This document shows, piece after piece, positions 26,660 through 32,000 of a stretch of DNA of 32,000 nucleotides. Source of the DNA: Methanothermus fervidus DSM 2088 (lineage in GTDB: Archaea; Methanobacteriota; Methanobacteria; DSM-2088; Methanothermaceae); the NCBI GenBank assembly GCA_000166095.1, contig CP002278.1, positions 1,110,001 to 1,142,000 on the forward strand, read 5' to 3'. The notes beneath the pieces were generated by a model. The model was not told where the DNA came from. It did no database searches and worked only from the letters and a program-made list of their open reading frames with translations. Each line of letters starts with the position of its first letter. Position 1 is the stretch's first letter. The translations under genes and the position numbers were made by a program.

Positions 26660-27322
26660 TTGTTAATAAAACAACGATTTGTATTAGATACTAGTGCATT
26701 TACAGATGTTGAATTGAGAAATAAACTTGGCGATGGTGATTTAACTAAAACAATAGAAAATATGGTAGATTTAATTGCTAAAGCTAGAACAAAGCTTAAT
26801 ATAAGTTGTCACATGCCTCCAGTTACATATAAAGAATTAATAGATTATATATCCCTATATGATTGTCCAGAAGAAATTAAAACAAGATTAGATACATGGA
26901 TTGTCAAAAAAACGCCTAATCGTTATGAAACCAAAATACCTTCTCAAATATTCTATGAATATGTGAGAGACATGAGAGAAAGAATTAATAAAGGCATGAA
27001 AATTGCTGAGGAGATGATTTGGGAAGCTGCAACAGAATCTCTAGTCATGAAATCAAGAGGACATGAAAGACAAAAAATAGAGGTTAATACAATTGGAGAA
27101 GCAATAAGAGAATTTAGAAAAAAATATAGATCAGCGTTAAGAAAGGGGACACTTGACAGTGCTCCAGATTTGGATGTACTTTTATTGGCTAAAGAGTTAG
27201 ATGCAGGTGTTGTAGCAGCTGATACAGGAATTAAATCATGGGGGGAAAGATTAGGGTTAAGATTTCTTGATGCTACATCTTTTCCAAAAATGATTCAAGA
27301 ATATCTAAAGTATTATAGATGA
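26660..27322 (+). CDS. PIN_5 / UPF0278-family protein, homolog of protein-only RNase P (HARP, Aquifex Aq_880-like)
   Basis: 220 aa from a TTG start with GGTGA SD. FVLDTSAFT (PIN Asp), RERINKGMKIAEE, FRKKYRSALRKGTLDSAPDLDVLLLAKELDAGVVAADTGI (acidic PIN residues). Size and motif order match my recollection of the HARP family. Confidence 0.65.
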   Translation: MLIKQRFVLDTSAFTDVELRNKLGDGDLTKTIENMVDLIAKARTKLNISCHMPPVTYKELIDYISLYDCPEEIKTRLDTWIVKKTPNRYETKIPSQIFYEYVRDMRERINKGMKIAEEMIWEAATESLVMKSRGHERQKIEVNTIGEAIREFRKKYRSALRKGTLDSAPDLDVLLLAKELDAGVVAADTGIKSWGERLGLRFLDATSFPKMIQEYLKYYR

Positions 27323-27334
27323 TGGGGGACATGC

Positions 27335-28606
27335 ATGGAATTAAGAAAACCTAGAGGGACTAGGGACTTTCTATTTGAGGACATGGAATTAAGAAAAAAT
27401 GTAGAAATGAAATTACGTAATGTGTTTGAAAGATATGGGTATCGTGAAATTAAGACACCAATTTTTGAGCATTTAAAACTTTTCACAATTAAATCTGGAG
27501 AAGAAATAAAAGAACAAATGTACCACTTTAAAGATAAAGGTGGTAGAAATTTAGCACTAAGGCCTGAATTAACAGCGCCTATAGCACGTCTTTATGTAAA
27601 TAAATTACAAAGATTTCCAAAACCAATAAAAATGTATTATTTTGGTAGTTGTTTCCGTTATGAAAGACCTCAAGCAGGAAGATTTAGGCAGTTTTGGCAG
27701 TTTGGATGCGAATTGATAGGTGGAAAATCACCTGAAGCAGAGGCTGAAACGATTGCCTTGGCATATGATTGTCTTAAGGAACTTGGACTTAAGAATTTTA
27801 AAATACATATAGGACATATGGGTATAGTAAGAGGAATGCTTGAAGAAAATGGTGTTAAAGGTGAAAAGCAGGATCATATAATGACTTTGATTGATAAAGG
27901 AGATAAAGAGGAGTTATCTAGATATTTAAATGAGATATCATTTCCTAGTGAACTTCAAGAACTTTTATTTTCATTAATTGAAATGAAAGGGGATTCTAAA
28001 ATATTAGATGAAATTTTAGATATTGTGGGGTACAGGAGATCTGTCGAGGCTATACAAGAATTAAAAAATTTAGAAAGTTTATTGGAAGTTTTTGGCGTGA
28101 AAAATTACCTTATGGATCCAGGCATTGCAAGAGGTCTTGACTATTATACAGGTATAGTATTTGAAATATATATTTCAAAAACTCAGATATGTGGTGGAGG
28201 AACATACAATCTAATTGAATTATTTGGCGGTGAAAAAGTAGAATCAACAGGTTTTGCATTTGGGTTTGATAGATTAGTTGAGGCAGTTGGAAATAAAACA
28301 GAAAAATTTTCTTTCGCAGATGTTTTCGTAGCTCCAGTATCAGATGAAACAAGAGAAGCAGCTTTCAAAATTGCACAAAAAATTAGAAAATCCGGAATAT
28401 CAGCAGATGTAGACTTGTCCCGACGCAAATTAGGAAAATTACTTTCATATGCAGATCATTTGGGAGTTAAATACACAATAATTGTTGGTAAAAAAGAATT
28501 AAAACAAAAAAGAGTAACTGTTAAAGACATGGAAAGTGGTGAACAAAAAGAAGTTCAAATTGATGACTTATCTGATTATTTAAGAAGGGGGCTCAAAAAA
28601 TTTTGA
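27335..28606 (+). CDS. hisS: Histidine--tRNA ligase
   Basis: 423 aa. PRGTRDF, LRPELTAP, class II motif 2 FRYERPQAGRFRQFWQ, motif 3 GFAFGFDR, C-terminal anticodon-binding domain. Confidence 0.92.
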   Translation: MELRKPRGTRDFLFEDMELRKNVEMKLRNVFERYGYREIKTPIFEHLKLFTIKSGEEIKEQMYHFKDKGGRNLALRPELTAPIARLYVNKLQRFPKPIKMYYFGSCFRYERPQAGRFRQFWQFGCELIGGKSPEAEAETIALAYDCLKELGLKNFKIHIGHMGIVRGMLEENGVKGEKQDHIMTLIDKGDKEELSRYLNEISFPSELQELLFSLIEMKGDSKILDEILDIVGYRRSVEAIQELKNLESLLEVFGVKNYLMDPGIARGLDYYTGIVFEIYISKTQICGGGTYNLIELFGGEKVESTGFAFGFDRLVEAVGNKTEKFSFADVFVAPVSDETREAAFKIAQKIRKSGISADVDLSRRKLGKLLSYADHLGVKYTIIVGKKELKQKRVTVKDMESGEQKEVQIDDLSDYLRRGLKKF

Positions 28607-29004
28607 ATTTTAGACATGAAATAAATGGTGAAAAATTAGTAATTGCAATAGCTCAGGATTTTAAAACAAATAAGGTTTTAATGACCGCATACATGAACAA
28701 AGAAGCATTTGAGAAAACACTAAAAACAAAAAAAGCTCATTACTGGAGTACCTCTAGAAAAAAAGTATGGATGAAGGGAGAAACATCTGGCAATATACAA
28801 AAAGTTAGAGAGATGTATGTAGATTGTGATAGAGATGCCGTGTTACTCAAAGTAGAACAGAAGGGAGGAGCATGTCATACAGGACATTACTCTTGTTTTT
28901 ATCGTAAAATAGATATGAATAATATGAAAATGAAAAGTGTGGAGAAACAATTGTTCGATCCTAAAGAAGTCTATGGAGGTACAAAGAATGAGAATAGTGC
29001 CTGA
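28603..29004 (+). CDS. hisI: Phosphoribosyl-AMP cyclohydrolase HisI
   Basis: 133 aa from a TTG overlapping the hisS stop. IAQD..T..VLMTAYMNKEA, HYWSTSRKKVWMKGETSGN, DCDRDAVLLKVEQKGGACHTGHYSCFYR. Confidence 0.85.
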   Translation: MNFRHEINGEKLVIAIAQDFKTNKVLMTAYMNKEAFEKTLKTKKAHYWSTSRKKVWMKGETSGNIQKVREMYVDCDRDAVLLKVEQKGGACHTGHYSCFYRKIDMNNMKMKSVEKQLFDPKEVYGGTKNENSA

Positions 29005-30805
29005 TACTAGTGTTATCGTTGATGGACGAATTACAGAAATAGTGCAAAAAAAGAAATTTAAAGGATCTAAAGTAATAGTTCCCGCAGCTGTAGTATCAGA
29101 ACTAGAATACCAAGCAAATAGAGGTAGAGAAAGTGGATTTAATGGTCTCGAGGAACTTAAAAATCTTCAGAAATTACATAAAAAAGGTGAAATTTCTCTA
29201 ACGTTTGCTGGAAAAAGACCATCATTAGAGGAAATTACTTTGTCAAGAGGTGGAGAAATAGATGCCATGATTCGTGATATAGCAAAAAAACACAATGGAA
29301 TTCTTGTAACTAGTGACAGAGTTCAGGCAAAAGTTGCTGAAGCACAAGGTCTAGAAGTTATTTACATTAAACCACAGGTTCTAGATTATAAAAAGTTGGA
29401 GATAATGAAATATTTTGATGAAAACACAATGTCAGTTCATCTTAAAGAAAACGTTGTTCCTATGGCAAAAAAAGGTAAAATAGGTAATATAAAACTTGTT
29501 AAAATTGGGTCAAAACCTCTAAATAGGTCAGAATTATCTAAAATGGCTAGAGAGATAATTGAAGCTGCAAAAAGTGATTTAAAAAGCTTTATTGAAATTG
29601 AAAGAGAGGGGGCTACAGTTGTCCAGTTTAGAGAATATAGAATTTCTATAGCACGTCCTCCATTCTCTGAGGCTTATGAAATTACGGCTGTAAGACCTGT
29701 TGCAAAAGTTTCTTTAGAGGATTATAAGTTACCAAACAAACTTATAAAACGTTTAAAAGATGTTGCAAGGGGTATATTAATTGCAGGTCCACCTGGTGCG
29801 GGTAAGAGTACGTTTGCTCAAGCAATAGCAGAATTTTATAAAGAAGAAATGAATTCTGTTGTTAAAACGATGGAATCTCCACGTGATTTACAAGTTAGCG
29901 ATGAAATTACTCAATATGCTCCACTAGAAAGAGACATGCAGAAAACTGCAGATATATTACTTTTAGTGAGACCAGACTTCACAATTTATGATGAGATGCG
30001 AAAAACCAAAGATTTTAAGATATTTGCAGATATGAGACTTGCAGGAGTAGGAATGATTGGAGTTGTACATGCTACAAGGCCTATTGATGCCATTCAGAGA
30101 GTTATTGGTCGTGTAGAACTTGGAATGATACCTTCAATTATTGACACCACGATATTCATAAAAGATGGAAAAGTAGAAACCGTTTATGATATTTCATTAA
30201 CAGTTAAAGTTCCAACAGGCATGACTGAAGAAGATTTGGCAAGGCCTGTAATAGAGGTAAGAGATTTTGAAACAAATGAATTGGTGTATGAGATATATAC
30301 ATATGGTGAACAAACTGTTGTTATGGATGTATCAAAAATTTCCGCACCTAAGAAAGCACCTGTTAGAACATTAGCTGAGAAAGAAATTGAAAGAGAGTTT
30401 AAAAAGCGTTTTCCTCATGTAGATGTTAAAGTAAAAATGGAATCTGATAACAGAGCTAAAGTTTGGGTCAATGAAAAATACATACCTCAAATAATTGGTA
30501 AAAAAGGAAGAACCATCGAAAAAATAGAGGAAAAGCTGGGTATAAGTATAAGCGTTGAACCACTGGTAGAGAAAAAGAAAGAAAAAGAAATTACAGTAGA
30601 TGTCAATGATAATCATATAGTATTGAACTTTGGAACTGAAGATGTTGGCAAGTCTTATGATATATTTGTTGATAATGAGTACTTGTTTACAGCTACAGTA
30701 GGTAAAAGAGGTACAATAAAGGTTAGAAGAGATATAGATTTAGCAAAGGTTATAGAGAAGGCTATAGAAACTAATTTACCTATCACAGCAAAACCAAGAG
30801 ATTAG
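28988..30805 (+). CDS. PIN domain + P-loop ATPase + KH domain protein (archaeal PilT-family ATPase of the COG1855 type)
   Basis: 605 aa from ATG 28988 (GGAGGT 7 nt upstream; the ORF-track start 28937 is rejected). N-terminus MRIVPDTSVIVDGRI (PIN), Walker A GPPGAGKST, C-terminal KH-like IIGKKGRTIEKIEEKLG. Confidence 0.7.
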   Translation: MRIVPDTSVIVDGRITEIVQKKKFKGSKVIVPAAVVSELEYQANRGRESGFNGLEELKNLQKLHKKGEISLTFAGKRPSLEEITLSRGGEIDAMIRDIAKKHNGILVTSDRVQAKVAEAQGLEVIYIKPQVLDYKKLEIMKYFDENTMSVHLKENVVPMAKKGKIGNIKLVKIGSKPLNRSELSKMAREIIEAAKSDLKSFIEIEREGATVVQFREYRISIARPPFSEAYEITAVRPVAKVSLEDYKLPNKLIKRLKDVARGILIAGPPGAGKSTFAQAIAEFYKEEMNSVVKTMESPRDLQVSDEITQYAPLERDMQKTADILLLVRPDFTIYDEMRKTKDFKIFADMRLAGVGMIGVVHATRPIDAIQRVIGRVELGMIPSIIDTTIFIKDGKVETVYDISLTVKVPTGMTEEDLARPVIEVRDFETNELVYEIYTYGEQTVVMDVSKISAPKKAPVRTLAEKEIEREFKKRFPHVDVKVKMESDNRAKVWVNEKYIPQIIGKKGRTIEKIEEKLGISISVEPLVEKKKEKEITVDVNDNHIVLNFGTEDVGKSYDIFVDNEYLFTATVGKRGTIKVRRDIDLAKVIEKAIETNLPITAKPRD

Positions 30806-30814
30806 GTGTTAATT

Positions 30815-31567
30815 ATGAAATTTGGAGTTTCTACTTTAGCTTTGTATCCTTCTCCTATAGAAAAAATTTTGGATTTTGTTGAAAATTTAGGTATGGATTA
30901 TTGTGAAATAATAAATGAATATCCTTTTGATGATTTAAATTATGAAATTTTTGAATCATATTCTTTAGATGTAGTGATACATGCACCAATATCTGATATA
31001 AATATAGCCTCACATAATCATGCCATGAGAAGAGCATCTATAGAAGAAATAAAATCTTCGATAACATTAGCATCAAAAATAAATTCTGAAAAAATAGTAA
31101 TACATCCAGGAATTGTTCCTGTACTTGGAAAAAAATTCATAAATAAAATAGAGAAATACAATATAGATGCATTGAGAGAAATTAGGGACCATGCTGAAAA
31201 TTTAGGTGTAAAGATATGTTTAGAAAACATGCCTAATCTTGAAGAATGTTTATGTAAGGATCTAAATGAAGTATATAAGATTGTTAATGATTTAGGAATC
31301 TATACAACTTTGGATGTTGGCCACGCTAATACTATGGGTTTAGATGTAGAAAAATTGAAAATTGATGACTCTGTTATCCATATACATATTTCAGATAATG
31401 ATGGTTCTTATGATACGCATGATGCTTTGGGAGAGGGAAATATAAATTTCACAAAGTTGTTTAAAAAGAAATTGAAAAATTATTCTGATACAATTACAAT
31501 AGAAATAAAAACAAAGGAAGAATTATTAAAAAGTATAGAATATTTGAAAGCAAAAAAGATTTTATAA
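30815..31567 (+). CDS. Sugar phosphate isomerase/epimerase, xylose-isomerase-like TIM barrel (AP endonuclease 2 family)
   Basis: 250 aa from ATG 30815 (AGGTG upstream). Pattern HAP...N....., VIHPG, LEN, D.GH, H.HISDN.G..D.H is typical of the family. Confidence 0.6.
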   Translation: MKFGVSTLALYPSPIEKILDFVENLGMDYCEIINEYPFDDLNYEIFESYSLDVVIHAPISDINIASHNHAMRRASIEEIKSSITLASKINSEKIVIHPGIVPVLGKKFINKIEKYNIDALREIRDHAENLGVKICLENMPNLEECLCKDLNEVYKIVNDLGIYTTLDVGHANTMGLDVEKLKIDDSVIHIHISDNDGSYDTHDALGEGNINFTKLFKKKLKNYSDTITIEIKTKEELLKSIEYLKAKKIL

Positions 31568-31576
31568 GTGATAGAG

Positions 31577-32000
31577 ATGAAAATTGCAATTATTGGTGGA
31601 ACCGGTGATCAAGGTTTTGGACTGGCACTAAGGCTGGCAAAGGCTGGAGAAAAAATAATCATTGGGTCAAGAAGTCGAGAAAGGGCTAAAAAAGCTTGTT
31701 CAAAAATCCTTAATATTGTGGAGAATGCAGATATAGAAGGAATGGAAAATAAAGAAGCAGCAAAAGAAGCTGATATAGTGATATTAACAGTTCCACTTCA
31801 TGCACAGCTAACAACTATAGAAAATATAAAAGATGTTCTTGATGGTAAAATACTTGTGGATGCTACAGTGCCATTAGAATCTTCAATAGGAGGGTCCGGT
31901 GGTAAATACGTTGAATTATGGGATGGTTCAGCAGCCGAAAGAACATCTAGAGTACTTAAAGATAAAAATGTTAAAATAGTAACAGCATTCAATAATATAA
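31577..32000 (+). CDS. fno: F420-dependent NADP(H) oxidoreductase (Fno / NpdG family). Only the N-terminal ~141 codons are present; the gene runs off the window.
   Basis: Not in the ORF track (open at the edge). MKIAIIGGTGDQGFGLALRLAKAGEKIIIGSRSRERAKKA...ADIVILTVP... matches the Fno N-terminal Rossmann pattern. Confidence 0.7.
   Translation, partial: MKIAIIGGTGDQGFGLALRLAKAGEKIIIGSRSRERAKKACSKILNIVENADIEGMENKEAAKEADIVILTVPLHAQLTTIENIKDVLDGKILVDATVPLESSIGGSGGKYVELWDGSAAERTSRVLKDKNVKIVTAFNNI

Noticed and set aside
28937-28987. 17-codon N-terminal extension (MWRNNCSILKKSMEVQR) of the PIN-ATPase-KH gene, and similar extensions of pyrI (8868-8903), secD (10090-10110) and the flavodoxin (11401-11415)
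   Set aside because: In each case an internal ATG has a good GGAGG-type SD at the proper spacing and coincides with the start of the conserved domain. The extensions overlap the upstream gene.

Overview
This is an AT-rich, tightly packed archaeal chromosome segment, almost certainly from a methanogen. The evidence is a formylmethanofuran dehydrogenase operon, an F420-dependent NADP reductase, the PolD small subunit, NifB, and a tRNA-Gln with an A1-U72 pair. The fmdE / fmdC (C+D fusion) / fmdB layout and a GGAI-repeat adhesin-like protein point to Methanobacteriales. The K/E/I-rich proteins suggest a thermophile (inference only; I cannot run a search). I call about 40 protein genes, one tRNA and one candidate box C/D sRNA. 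Many neighbouring genes overlap by 1-17 nt at start/stop.

The left 8.4 kb is themed on molybdenum and pterin cofactor: fdhD, moaA, a Mop molbindin, fmdECB and mobB. The rest is housekeeping: pyrI, secDF, argC, ribL, hisA, pyrK, coaBC, cbiH, polD-DP1, hisS, hisI, trm5 and mtnA.

I see no CRISPR array, transposase, integrase, toxin-antitoxin pair or recognisable defence island, and I cannot honestly nominate a clear novel multi-gene system.

The signals not explained by ordinary gene calls are:
1. A mosaic non-coding repeat family present in three intergenic regions.
2. A canonical-looking C/D box sRNA upstream of moaA.
3. A GC-rich hairpin island after the mop gene.
4. A tightly coupled unknown-ORF / nifB / trm5 operon.
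5. A protein-only RNase P homolog (HARP-like PIN_5 protein) divergent from tRNA-Gln.
6. Several unusual domain fusions: MobB plus a Cys-cluster domain, CbiH plus a Cys-rich tail, and PIN-ATPase-KH.
7. An adhesin-like gene whose signal peptide lacks a canonical start codon.

All functional calls rest on motifs read by eye from the supplied translations. None has been checked against a database.
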